Of a DNA stretch of 64,000 nucleotides, positions 23,477-35,785 are shown piece by piece; within the stretch, counting starts at the first letter, position 1, and the number at the start of each line of letters is the position of its first letter. The translations under genes were made by a program, and so were the position numbers. The notes beneath the pieces are model-generated. The model had not been told where the DNA came from, did not search any database, and worked only from the letters and a program-made list of their open reading frames with translations. Source of the DNA: Paraspadella gotoi (Eukaryota; Animalia; Chaetognatha); NCBI GenBank assembly GCA_051294375.1, contig JBJCIZ010000744.1, positions 562,264-626,263 on the forward strand, written 5' to 3'.

Positions 23477-26238
23477 TCAAGTTTGCTGACGTGGATCGAA
23501 ATTCAAGGAAGGAGAGAAATTGCCGTTTGCATTGGAATAAGCGGCAGCTTCAGGAAAGTTTCGAGGGTCAGGATGAGGGAGAGGATAAGTAAAAAGGGGA
23601 GCGAGGGGGGATGTCAATGGAGGCAGAAGCGACGGGGCATTTGGGGAGGCGATTGACTGGGCTAAAGAAGGCAATGGGAGAAAAGGAGAATCGAGTGACG
23701 AGGATTGTGAAAGCTCGGTTGAAGGAGCTTCTCTTTGGACAATCGTGGACGTCGAAGGAAATTCAGTTTCGACAAGATTTGTTTCAAATTCATCTCCTTC
23801 GCCTTTCGCTTGGGACAGGGCGCCAACATCGAAACGTTGAGAGGGATGAAAGGTCCTTTGATGTGAAGGCTCGGTCGAAGGAGCTTCTCTTTCGACAATC
23901 GTGGATGTCGAAGGAAATTCAGTTTCGACAAGATTTGTTCCAAATTCATCTCCTTCGCCTTTCGCTTGAGACAGGGCGCCAACATCGAAACGTTGAGAGG
24001 GATTAAAGGTCCTTTGATGTGAAGGCTCGGTCGAAGGAGCTTCTCTTTCGACAATCGTGGATGTCGAAGGAAATTCAGTTTTGACAAGATTTGTTCCAAA
24101 TTCATCTCCTTCGCCTTTCGCTTGGGACAGGGCGCCAACATCGAAACATTGAGGGGGATTAAAGGTCCTTTGATGGGAAGAAAAGTGCTCTTCGGAACCA
24201 GGGTCGTTTTCGTTTACCGAGCATCCAATGAGAACTCGGTGCTCGTCAGTCTGACCTCCACCGGCAATGCTGGGGTCAGATTCTATTTCATGGGTTTGGT
24301 CTGCGTTGTTTCCCGATAGGCAATCTTTTTGACCTTGATCAACATAAGAGTGATCGGCCAAAGGATCCGTCTTCGGGTTTTCCGAGTTTTCGGGACTTCC
24401 CACCTCGTCCCGATCGGAGAAGTATCGTTCCAGAGAAGCGAACATCCCGTCGCACAGGGCGTACGTCTTCTTGCCGTTTTCGAGCCCGATACGAAGGACG
24501 TTGGATCCGACGAGAGAGCCGAGCAAACGCTGCGCGGGAGACTTGATCCGAATCTTCCAAACGAACCGTTTCGACAAGGAAGTCATGAATTTGGCGTGAT
24601 AGACCGATGAGCAGAGCGGATCGATAGAATAGAGCAGAGCGACGATGCGACATCCAACGTCCAGACGAGGACAGGGGAGCTTCAACTCTAATAGCTCCAG
24701 CGACGACATGGAGGTTATAATTGCAGCGACGCCGTCAAGATTCTCGTTTACTCTTTTTTTTTTTGGGGGGGGGGGAACGAATAACTTTTATTATTCATTA
24801 TTTATTAGATTCACTTACTTATAATTAAATTAAATTTAAACTACTAGAGCTGAACGACAGATATACAGTAATTAAAATTGTAAAATCCTCACTTGTAAGC
24901 GCCGTCCTCTGACAAAAAAAGGCCCAATTTGATCCCGGCGTCTAGAGTTCCCTTGAGTTGGCTAAAAAAGCGGTCCGTGATTTTAAGAGAGAAGCAATCC
25001 TCCAAAAAAGTGCTCACGTGTTCGTAAGGCACGTAGCCGTCGATGCCCTGCACGACCAAAGCCGCCGTGACCATTTCTAGCAGGGAGCGCTGCTCCGACG
25101 AAGCGTTCCAGTCTCTCAGCGCCTCCAATGACCAGGGTCCATTTCGCCCAAAGTCCTCAGCCACTCGGGCGACTTCGTCGACAAAGCCGAGGACATTATC
25201 GGCATCATAGGCGCTGGCGATCGTCTTGGCGATTTGACGAGTCGACGCCGTCTCCGAACTTCCGTCGTCCAAGAGCGAGTCGGACAACCGGTAGAGAGTT
25301 TCACCTCCGTTATCTTGGGCCGTCACGACATCAGCGGCGACGAGCTTCATCAAGTTCCTGACTCCAACGTCTTTATTAATCCGATTACTGAACATCTGGG
25401 TCGAGATCTCTTCAAGAGAGGGAAGGGTCAACCCCTGACCCCCACGAAACCAGAGGCACGCGATTTGACGAACGTGGGGCATAGGTGAAAATATTGGGAG
25501 CGGTTTCCGTCGTTGCTTCCAATTTTTACAGGCCCAGGCGTGGGTTTCCAGTCGGTGCAAAACACTGGCTTCCTCGCCGTCTCGAACGACGTTGAGGACG
25601 AGCTTGGCATCTTGAAAAATCTCACCTTTTCGCTTCTGATTCAGGACAGGAATCAAGGGCTCCGAATCTTGGTCTACGGAGAGGCTACGATCCTCCACTT
25701 CGGTAAGATCCAGATGACAATGCTTTTCCTCGATCCGTTCGTCCACCCAACCTCGATCCATCTCTTCGTCGAATCCTTTAAAATCTTCCAAGCGATGATG
25801 TTGGTCGAAGGTCTTCTCTTCGGAAAAGAACTCGGCGAGTTGTTCCTTTTCCGGTTCCCAGTTCAGCGGGTTAACTTCCGGCTTCTCGCTCACTTCCGGT
25901 TCTAAATTTAGTTCCGGTTCCAAGTTCACATCCGGATCGTCGATAAAGTCGTCGATCGACTCGAAGTTCTCGTCACGATCGTCGCCACGCGCGAGGTGAC
26001 TATCGGCATCGACAACGTCGTCCCTCCTTAACTCCTTGTGAATGGGACGAACTCGTATTTCCATCCCGGAGGAGGCGACTTCCCACTGGTAGGTCAGTCG
26101 TCGCTTGGCACCGGCGATGGCGCTCGTCAGCTTCGGCACGAGGGCCTCGACGTCCGCAGAAATCTCGCGGTAAAAGTCTGAGCCGCAGATGGAAACGAGC
26201 ACGGGCTCCGCGCGGCGCCGTTTCCGCCCGCCAGCCAT
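23477..26238 (-). CDS. Hypothetical protein (~870 aa) with putative winged-helix/H15-like domains and three 52-aa tandem repeats, 2 exons
   Basis: MAGGRKRRR NLS-like start; the phase-2 intron 24753-24892 joins the two long ORFs in frame (..GAYK|VNENLDG..). Confidence 0.75.
23712..24175 (-). repeat. Three coding tandem repeats of 156 bp (SHQRTFNPSQRFDVGALSQAKGEGDEFGTNLVETEFPSTSTIVEREAPSTEP)
   Basis: Near-identical units at both DNA and protein level. Confidence 0.95.
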
Positions 26239-26901
26239 GATGGTAAGGAAGTTAGAGGGGAAAAGCAAAGACTGAGAAGAATGCAATGAGATCACAATTG
26301 TTGATGTTTTATTAACAGACTGCTTAGGATACCAAAAATTACAATTCTTACAGTCACATCAACGAAAAAGGACATATAGATTGACTTAATTGGGCTTTTG
26401 ATGTGATTAGGCGTCCTCTTTTCGGGTCCTCAAACAACTAACCAATCGCAAACCTCGCCTCTCGGACGACGGCCGGAATTGCCGAAGGATATCAAGATCA
26501 CAATCTACCTTCAAGAACAATCTTTCAATAAACTTATATTAATTACAATAAACTAAATATTGATTTTTTGTCTCGTTTAACTTCAATATTTGTCATCACC
26601 TTTATCAATGCCTTTTTATTCACCCTTCGCTAACTTGTCTAAGCTTGAGCCGAAACTATTTCCCCATATGAATGAAACTTTTATTTGATACTTTCGCGTC
26701 TTCATATAATCGACGAGGAAGAAAGCGGCCGAGAACAAAATCCAAACGGGAAAATATACCGGAAAAAATTGGGGAAACTCGGACACAATTCACAGTAACT
26801 GATGCTTTATGTTGAAAGCTATAAAAGCTTGACAATTTAAATCGGACCGACGGGAAATCGAAATGATAGCAAGTTATCATGTTACTAGAATTCTTCTGCC
26901 A

Positions 26902-28119
26902 TCATTCCGCGTGAGGATGATGCCGTTCCTCGCCTTCCTCCGCCGCCTCCTGCGCCGCTCTCCAATGCAGCAGCAACGACTGGCAGAGAGATCGTCCCCA
27001 CCCTGACCGAAGCGCTCGTTGCGCGGCAAAGACGACGAGAAAGATCCAAGATAGAACCAAGTAAACGTCCGTCTCTTCCTCGGCGACGGTCTTGAGCGGA
27101 CCGACCAAGTCGGCGTCTTCGACGACCACGGTTTCGTCCGGTCGCAGACCCGTGGTCGACTTGACAGTCTCCACGATGTCCTTCCACTCGGCGACGAGCC
27201 CATCCGAGTCGTTGAGCTTCGCCACCAGTTTGTTGTTTTTAAAGAGGAGCAAGCTGGGGACGCCGACGACTCCGAAACGATGGGACAAGCCGCGATGGAA
27301 TCGGGCGTCAAAGGCGCCAACCTCGAGCAAAGGAAAGGCACGGGGGAGGGCGTTGACGAGGGGAGCCAGATTTGCGGAGAAGCGGCAGTGAGGAGAAAAA
27401 GCGAGGAGAAGAAGGCAGTCTCCTTGCTCCGGTTTACGGCGTAAGATGGCATCGTGGACCCGAGTTTCCGAAGAGAAGAGGTGCACCTTTTTGAGGTCGT
27501 CCATGGTTGCGCCCTCCCGCTTCGCTTCCAGCGTCGTCATGTTACGCGGGGTGCACTTGAATGGTCCTTTGGGCTTTTGGCCGATCTTGAGCACGCAGCG
27601 GATGGTGGTGCAACCTGCGTTGCCGCCAGTGGCGGCCGAGTCCTCCGTGGAGTTTGCTTCGGAAGTAGACTCGGGGACGGCGGCGAGCGTCTCTTCGCCT
27701 TCGATCGGTTTATCCGCGACCTCTTCCGATGAGTCGATCGACGAAGAAGGCGTGGGTGTGATAGTCGATTCCCCCGCATCGCGAGATGAAGGTCCAACTC
27801 TGTCCAAAAACCATGAGACCAACGTTTTGTACGAGATGAGGGAGCGAGCGTCTTCGGGAGATGGAACGCTCTCGGAGTCTCCCTCAGTCCGCGACGAACT
27901 TTTGAGATTCTCTTCACCGACAAAGGATTCTGGGTCTTTGGATTCGTCGCTCGAAGAGGCGACGGGCTGGACGAGGGGCTGGGCGGGCTCGACGAGGGTT
28001 GCGGGAGTCGCGGCGACTTTTTTCTCGTCTTCGTAGTCTACAGAAGTGAAGGATGGGTTGGGGAGGGCGAGTATCAGGATCGTCGCCATCCCCGTCAAAC
28101 GGGCGAGACGAGGTTTCAT
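26902..28119 (-). CDS. TXNDC15: Thioredoxin domain-containing protein 15, intronless CDS
   Basis: Signal peptide; CLLLLAFSPHCRFSANLAPLVNALPRAFP..LSHRFGVVGVPSLLLF; C-terminal TM. Confidence 0.9.
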   Translation of the reverse strand: MKPRLARLTGMATILILALPNPSFTSVDYEDEKKVAATPATLVEPAQPLVQPVASSSDESKDPESFVGEENLKSSSRTEGDSESVPSPEDARSLISYKTLVSWFLDRVGPSSRDAGESTITPTPSSSIDSSEEVADKPIEGEETLAAVPESTSEANSTEDSAATGGNAGCTTIRCVLKIGQKPKGPFKCTPRNMTTLEAKREGATMDDLKKVHLFSSETRVHDAILRRKPEQGDCLLLLAFSPHCRFSANLAPLVNALPRAFPLLEVGAFDARFHRGLSHRFGVVGVPSLLLFKNNKLVAKLNDSDGLVAEWKDIVETVKSTTGLRPDETVVVEDADLVGPLKTVAEEETDVYLVLSWIFLVVFAAQRALRSGWGRSLCQSLLLHWRAAQEAAEEGEERHHPHAE

Positions 28120-28158
28120 CTGGCGGGAAGAAATGGATAAAAGAACAGAAGTTATCAG
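28120..28158 (-). promoter_or_regulatory. Acceptor AG directly abutting the TXNDC15 ATG (candidate trans-splice site)
   Basis: ctgataacttctgttcttttatccatttcttcccgccAG|ATG. Confidence 0.55.
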
Positions 28159-28423
28159 TTATCACTCAAGCAAAAACAAAGAAAAAAACAATTTGAACGC
28201 TGGTAAAAACAAAAGACTACGAAGTTACTTATTAAAGTCACTCGCGCAGCGAACGACGATCACGAACGCAATGAAAGCGAAAGTAGATTCAGAGAAAATA
28301 TTCAAGTAAATATGAGTGAACTAAAAATTTCCCAGAGTAAAAACGAAGACAAAATGAACAATTTTCATTTTTGAAAACTGGATTAATATTTCTACTTTTT
28401 TTTTTCTTCAAAATAAAGCTCGG

Positions 28424-30181
28424 TTATTCTCTCGAAGCCGAGAGGCGCTCGTTGAGTTCGGCAGTGAGTTTGAGAATTTTTCGGCTGAGGTTGGAGTTGT
28501 GATACTTGAGATATCGAATCATGTCCGCCTGTTTCTCCAACAATTCGTCGACGCTGAGAACGTTTTGCCCTCGGAAGACGTCCGAGCCCAAAACTCCGTC
28601 TTGAAGAACGGAAAGGTCTCGAAACCCTGACGAATTACAAAGCAGATTTAGTTCAAGTCAAGAACAAAAAAATAAGTAGAGCATTATTAGAATCGCGCCC
28701 ATTTAAAAAAGAAATTTACGTTAAATCTGCTACATTAATATACGTTATGTTACGTTGTCAGATGAAACAACAATACAATGTTTAACACACAATTTCCCGG
28801 TCGATTTCATCTCACCAACGTCCCTGGCGGAGTGCCCCCTCAGCCCGGGCACGGTGGACTGCATCAAAGCCTCGTCGCGACGAACGTCGGGCGGATGCCG
28901 CGCCGAGTTGAATCGCGCCGACGTGATGAGGAGGAAGAGGAGACACGGGAGGACGACGACGACTTCGAAGGAGACGAGGATCTGCAGGACGTTGTTCTCG
29001 TCCAAGGACGTCGTCTTCCCGCCGGGCGACGTCGTGGTCACGGCGGAGGTCGGGCTGGCGGAGAAGTGCGAACGCGGAAACTGCTGGAGAACCGTGGACA
29101 TGATGAGGATGACGGAGTTGGAAAAGCTGGTGACGAGAAGAGGAGCTTGGCGCCAAGAACGGGTGGAGCGGTAGAAATCTAGATAGCCGAGGGATTGGAG
29201 CTGGAAGGAAGAAAACATGGGAGGGGGAAAGCGTTTGGAATTAAATACATCACGCAAAGAAAGAAAATTTTTATTATTATTATTATTATTTGACTCCATC
29301 ACCATCGGTCGGCAATATTTGCCATCCAATACGAAAGAAGGTCGCGAAATGACGACGCCCTTGTTGGATGAAATGACAACGAAATGACAACGATGAAATG
29401 ACAATGAAACGATGAAATGACAACGACAACAAATGACAACGCGAAATGACGACGCCCTTGTTGGACATAAACGGAGACGGAAAACCCCGGTGGTCATCAC
29501 CCTAACTAGTAACTAAAAGGGGAGTTTCGGTCCCTATGACCTTTTTGCACTGGCACCAGTGCAGCCTGTCGAAGAGGAAAACGAGGAACCAGAATCCGCC
29601 GTGAGTGTAGAGGAGGATGTAATAAGGCAAGAGGCCGCCGGCCTCGTCGTCGCGGAGAACCATCTTGGGCGGCGTCGTCGGGAGGAGACGTGGGACGAGG
29701 AAGACGACGACTTCCAAAGCGAGGAAGCAGAGAATCTCTACAGCGACGAGCCAGGGAATCGGCGAGGGTCGGAACTGCTCGTCCGGATCGTCCGAGTTCC
29801 GACTCCCCGCTCTGAAGACTGGATCAGGGACGAGGAGGTCGACGTCGTCGCCGGCGTCTTCGTCGTTGATCGATCCGCGACTGCTCGGCTGAAGAAAGGA
29901 AAACTTGGAGATTAGGATAATCATCGAAACGAGAACCGGCAAGTTGAAGATGTCGCGCTTATAGAGTTGCTCAGAGAGTACGCACAGCGAAAGTAAAAAA
30001 CCCCCGGGCGTCTCAAGGTTTTGCTCGCTGCTTTCGTTACCTGACCCATTCCGTGGAACCGCTTGTCATCGCTGGCCGCCGGCGATTCGTCGTTCTCGAC
30101 ACCCAGCGCCGAATCGTCGAAGAAAAAGGCGCCACGCGAACCGGAAGGGCCGGAAAAGGAATCGCTGGCCAGGCTGACCAT
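28424..30181 (-). CDS. TMEM192: Lysosomal transmembrane protein 192, 4 exons
   Basis: LQSLGYLDFYRSTR..; RFNSARHPPDV; C-terminal GFRD..VDELLEKQADMIRYLKYHNSNLSRKILKL. Confidence 0.88.
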
Positions 30182-31775
30182 CTTTACGGGGCGCCGGATT
30201 TGCAAAAAAAACAAGAGAGAACAAAAGCTTTTCCGAAGGACGCTTGAAGAAAGAGAATGGATCCTCTGTTAATCAGTCATGGGCGCATTTTTTTCCCCTT
30301 TTTTTGTTTTGACATTCGCCGCCAATTATTTTTGGCGTTTCTGTAAAAAAAAAATGACGCGACTTCGAAATTTTTTAATCAAGCATTTGAACAGAAAACC
30401 CGCTATCCTTTAGTTGATATACCGAGGAAGTTATCAGACACCAACGATAAAAACCATTTTTTCTTTTGTGTTAAATTTGGACCGTGAAATTGTGCAAAGC
30501 CCAAAACCGACTTTTAAAAGCAAGAAAATTAATTTAAAAAAAAAAAACAACAACAACAAAAAAAAAAAACAACCAAAAACGCGAGTCAATCTCGCGATGG
30601 AATGCTTTCTGGACCGAATGTCGAACATGAGAAGGTTGTTAATGTTATTGTAAAACCTGTATAACTTTGGATAATTCGTTGTTGCTTAAGATGATGCGTC
30701 TTTAGTAGTTTGCATGAGTAATAATGCTAATCAATTGTATATTGTATAATCATCGGAAAGATAAAGATTTGTGAATCTACGTTCAACAAACAAATATAAT
30801 CTCTGTGATCAACAGCATTACATATATGTATTATGTAAATGGGTAAGATGAGAATGAACGAGACGTTCTAACAGTTTTTAATTTAAAAAAAATTGTTTTT
30901 AACCTTGCGAGTTTTGTCTACTTTTGTCTACTTTTATTTAATTTTCACATTTTTAAATAACCTTTAGGAATGTCTCAAAGCAAGGACCAAATTAAGTGTA
31001 TATTTAAAAGATATAAAAACTAAACTGTAAACAACCTGTTTTCAAGCTTCAACATTTAACCTCGTTTAAAAATTCGCTTCAGCAATTATCAACAAATTTC
31101 AAGACGTATGCAAAAACAGTTACTTGGGCGTTATTAACTATTATCAATACGATTAAATTTTGAAACGAGTGTGAAGCTATTATATAACTTCGTCACACAC
31201 GACTAACTCGCAATTTGAGCGAAAATATTTTACAGTAAATCAACAGTAAAAATTTACGTTTTCTTCTATTTAAATCAAGCATAACACAATTGTACTAAAT
31301 CATGTAATATGTAAATGAGCCGAGTAATTTTTTAAGTGTAACTTATAGTTATAATTTCATTCTTTTTTTAAATATGCTCACTTGCACATGGTGGTTCGTC
31401 GACATACAAAAACACAACCTTGACTAGTTAACCGTCTTTTTTTTTTAAGTATAAAACTAATTTTGAATGATATTTTTGTAAATGAGATGACTGAATGAGG
31501 AGTCCTCACACATTGTAGATTCTACAACACATGTATCGCGATGAGAGATTAGGGAGAAGGGAGGAAGGATGGTTGGTGACTAAGGCGGATTTACAATGAA
31601 TTCATGACAAAGCACGGATGGCGACGAGAGGATGATGATATGAAGCATAAAAGCGGGTGAAACAATGGGCAGACGACGACGACGACACTACGACATCGAT
31701 AAGAAGCGCAACAACGTCGTCGCTATTATGAACAATTTCTATTTTTATCCATCGTATCAATTAGACGGGAAAAAG

Positions 31776-33247
31776 TACCATGATGGCAACAAAAATTGTC
31801 GCGGTTTGGAAAAGTCGATTAATTTCATTGTCAAATATATTTTTTGGCTGGTAAATAGGTTTTAATATGTAATATGACTTCCCTGAATAAAAAGATTATT
31901 TTTCAACAGCATAAAATTATTTAATGCATTCAAATACTTCCAAAAAGGTTGTCTCCAACTGTTTTCACCACTTTTTGATCAAGAGGATTATTCACATTAT
32001 TGTTAATATTATATCCCTGACATAATATTTTTTATTAGATTTAGGGCAAAAAATAATCCTTGGCAAGCAGTAAAAAAGATTGATCCCCTATAAAGTAAAC
32101 CAGGCTTAAATTATTATTATATAATATGATGATATGCTATCTTTTATTTTAACAAAATCTTGATTTTTTTTTAATTTATTTTATATTTGGTTTTAATAAT
32201 ACATCCAAAAATAAATAAAAATGATAACTTTGTTCATAGAAAAATTACCCGGAGCATTATAACTTTTATTAATACTTTACAATATAAAAAAATATTATGG
32301 AGCATATACAGCATTAATATATTTTTAAGAGTAATGGTTTAACTCAAAAAGTAATAAAAAAGAACCGAAAATTAAAAGATAAAATATTTTTTTAGACAAC
32401 TCATTTTTTTATGCATGGAACTCTTATATAACTCTTATATTTTTTGTCGTACATAAATGAGATTCAGCTCATATGAATTACAAAAGGCTAAAATTTCTCG
32501 ATATGTAAGTTTTATTTTTCGATTCTCAAATTAAAATGCCGAAAAATAGCTGGTGAAGAGACAGTAATTATTGTTATGAGTTAGTGACAGAAACCGTTCA
32601 ATATAAGCAGTCCCTGAGCTTCGGATCAGGCTGTAACACCATGTTACAGGCGGGTTAAGCGCCCGTCCCTCTTAACTGCTAGGCGGCCACCAGGCTAGAA
32701 CCCCGGACCTTTGGGTTGGGAGGCGAATGACTTGCCTCCGGCACCAATGACCGCTGATGAACGGTTGGTGGATTTTAGTCCACCATACATCCCCCCTCCC
32801 GTAGGGAGAAGTCTGTTGCGTCTCTTCAGTGAATTGTTGTTGTTGGTGGAAAGTTCGTCACCAAGTTGAGGCATGTCGCCTGATGTGTTGTGGGCGGAAA
32901 GTGCATCGCCAGGTTGAGGCATGTCGCCTGAAAGTGTTGTTGTTGCTGTTGTGTTCGGAAGTCGGGCTCACCAATGAAGAGACAGTAATTATTGTTATGA
33001 GTTAGTGACAGAACCGTTCAATATAAGCAGTCCCTGAGCTTCGGATCAGGCTGTAACACCATGTTACAGGCGGGTTAAGCGCCCCGTCCCTCTTAACTGC
33101 TAGGCGGCCACCAGGCTAGAACCCCGGACCTTTGGGTTGGGAGGCGAATGACTTGCCTCCGGCACCAATGACCGCTGATGAACGGTTGGTGGATTTTAGT
33201 CCACCATACTGGAAAGTAACCGCGACAATTTTTTTTCCATCATGGTA
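31776..33247. mobile_element. Non-autonomous TIR DNA transposon (Tc1/mariner-like, TA-flanked) hosting a TRIM
   Basis: TA|CCATGATGGCAACAAAAATTGTCGCGGTT (31778-31806) and the inverted AACCGCGACAATTTTTTTTCCATCATGG|TA (33218-33245). Confidence 0.75.
32554..33208 (-). mobile_element. TRIM (miniature LTR retrotransposon)
   Basis: Near-identical ~235-bp direct repeats at 32554-32789 and 32975-33208. On the minus strand, PBS-like TGGTGAGCCCGAC follows the 5' LTR and PPT GGGAGGGGGGA precedes the 3' LTR. CTGG flanks both sides. Confidence 0.88.
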
Positions 33248-33961
33248 TTAAATTCCTAAATCCTAAGCGCAATTACCATTACGTTAAATCATATTTTTTG
33301 AAAACAATGGTGAGAGATTTCAATACTTCTTTTATTTTCTAATTTAGTAATAATCAATGGAATTGTACCTACAAAATAGAGATTGATGCCGTCCGTCTTC
33401 TGGATGACATTTTTTACAAAATGACAGCAACTTTGTAAAAAGACTAAGTTTGTGAAAAAATAGTCATGAGTGGGTCAAGCAATGTTGATGGATGCAATGG
33501 ATATTTTTCACTTGCGCTTCTTTCGTGATCGAAAATTTGCATTCTTCATAAAATTGAAGAAACTGTAATAATGGCCGTAATAGTTAGTATTATTGGCAAG
33601 TATCGAGTTAAGTATCAAGGCAACATTCATTTGTTATTTTGAGGTGTCGATCTGAATTAATTTTCTTACCATAAGTTAATACCAAAGAGAAAATTAAAAA
33701 AAAAGAGGATACGTTGCGATTGTCGTACGTATTAAAAATAACCGCCAAATAATTTATATTTTAATTCGTATATAATCCCAAAAAAATTCGAAAAGCGCTA
33801 CATGCCGTTAACGAAATTAAAAAAATAAAACAAATTCGTGTTAAATACAAATAACGTTAATTAATCGAGAACTAGAAACGAATTAGTAACCGGTAATTAT
33901 AATGATATAAAAAAAAATTAATTTATTTAAATATAATTTTATTATCGAGTTTTTTTTTTCG

Positions 33962-35785
33962 TCAGCAGGCGGCAGGGGTGGAAATTTGGAAGGAGTAGAC
34001 GCAGACGTCAGTTTCCATGGCGGAGAGAATCTCCTCCTTGACGGCGCAACGGAAGTAGATGAAGGAACGGCGCTTCTGTCGGTCGGGACACAATTGATCA
34101 CTCCCGCCGGACATGAGCAAGACCTCGGGGAAGAAACGGGGCGGGGAGATTTAATCATTTCTCATCTCTTTTTCAATTGATCACTCCCGCTGGACATGAG
34201 CAAGACCTCGGGGAAGAGATGGGGCGGGGAGATTTAATCATTTCTCATCTCTTTTTCAATTGATCACTCCCGCCGGACATGAGCAAGACCTCGGGGAAGA
34301 GACGGGGCGGGGAGATTTAATCATTTCTCATCTCTTTTTCAAGTTCAAATCATCATTTCGAGTCATTTCCCAAAATGAAACAGCATTATCATCGTCCATT
34401 CAATCATAAAGTATTTATTTAAGAGTGTGGCTACTCTCAAATACAGAATTAGCGTTGGTTAGTTGTGAGTGGTGAAATTTACAAGTGGTTGATTAGGTCG
34501 TGGTTTTTTTTCATAGTTTTTTCATCTCTTTTCAAAAAAGCTTGTCGCTCTACTTCACCATTTCAAAATCAAAAAATAAAAGATTCGTAAAATGTACATT
34601 TCAATATCCGATTCCCAATCTCCAAATTCATCATCCCAACCATCGACCAACCTTCCTGCCCAGGTCATGCCAGCTGGGCTTCCTGCCGAGATTGAGCCCG
34701 GTGAGTCCTTGTTTGTGCTGCTGCTGGACCTGCCGAAAGGGGCACACGGTGTACTGATACTCGCCGGTGTGTTTTTGAAAGCATTTGACGGAGAGTAGGT
34801 AGAACTCGCTCTCCTCGCCGTAGAGCGGGCTGAAGTGTCGCTTCGCCTCCACGATGTACTTCCGCTTGAGGTCGCGGCCTTCCCTTTGAGCAATCAACCG
34901 TCGTTTCAGCGAAGTCACGACCAGGGCGCACGTATTGGCGCAAGGCGATGGGCGGGGTCGCTCCGGCCTCTCGGACGGGGCCTCCGATGCTGAGAAGGCG
35001 GAAGCGGCTTCCGCCTCGCGGCGCCACTCGTCGCTTCCGTCGCAACAGTCGCAGAGGCCGTCGTTGACGCGAGAGTTGAGCGTCCATTGGAGTGGGATCG
35101 TGTTGAGACTGGAGGCGCCTTCGAGATCGAGCCCGGCGTCGTCCGAAGCAGCGTCGAGGTGGGCGCGGACGGCGCCGGGGAGTTGAAACCGGCAGAAGAA
35201 CCTTAAGGGCGGGGCGGAGGCGGGGAGTCGAGCGGAGGCGCAGGCTTCGGTGCCGGGTTCGTCGGCTCCGTCGGCCGGGCAGTCGCAATAGTCGTCGTTG
35301 ACCTGAGAAAAGGGAATGAGTCTTTCCGGATCCGAGGCGCAGGGCAGGGCGCCGGTCTCTTGCGCTTCCCGGTAGGCGGCGAGACGTCGTGGGGGAACGC
35401 CGTGCAAAGGCGGCTCCCACCAGCCGACGGGAACGTCGTCGTCGCCAACGGCCGCGGCATCGCTCTTCCACGCTGACGTCGGCGCACCGCCGGGGTCGAG
35501 TTCCCCATAGCCCTCTTCACGCCGCAATTCCTCTAGGTACTTATCGAGGAGACGGTTGTGAAGGTGCTGGTGTTCCTCGGGGTCGGCGGGCTCGTCGGCA
35601 AAGTAACGCGGTCGGACGGGGGACTTGCGGCGCCGGGGGCTGTTGGCCCAGAGGTAGTTGCCGTTGCTGCGATTCTCCTTGGAGAGGAGGTGGAGGGAAA
35701 AGATTTGGAAGCAGAGGAAGAGGAGGGCGATCGTCATGACGAGAATCAGCACCAGGAACAACTTTCGACGACCCGGAAAACGCAT
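33962..35785 (-). CDS. Glucosidase II beta (PRKCSH)-like protein, type II membrane form, 2 exons
   Basis: N-terminal TM; IPFSQVNDDYCDCPADGADEPGTEAC; VNDGLCDCCDGSDE; MRH domain YTVCPF..K|VLLMSGGSDQLCP..CVYSFQISTPAAC*. Intron 34124-34651. Confidence 0.85.
34091..34342. repeat. Three 83-bp tandem repeats spanning the last acceptor of the PRKCSH-like gene
   Basis: Units start at 34091, 34174 and 34257. Confidence 0.95.

Noticed and set aside
29502-29540. Intron start translating to PLLVTS, identical to the next TMEM192 exon
   Set aside because: DNA identity is low and the match is only 6 aa; coincidence cannot be excluded.
30200-31770. Search for a spliced-leader RNA, tRNA or snRNA gene in the largest spacer
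   Set aside because: No convincing donor plus Sm-site hairpin or cloverleaf was recognisable by eye; an Infernal/tRNAscan run is needed.
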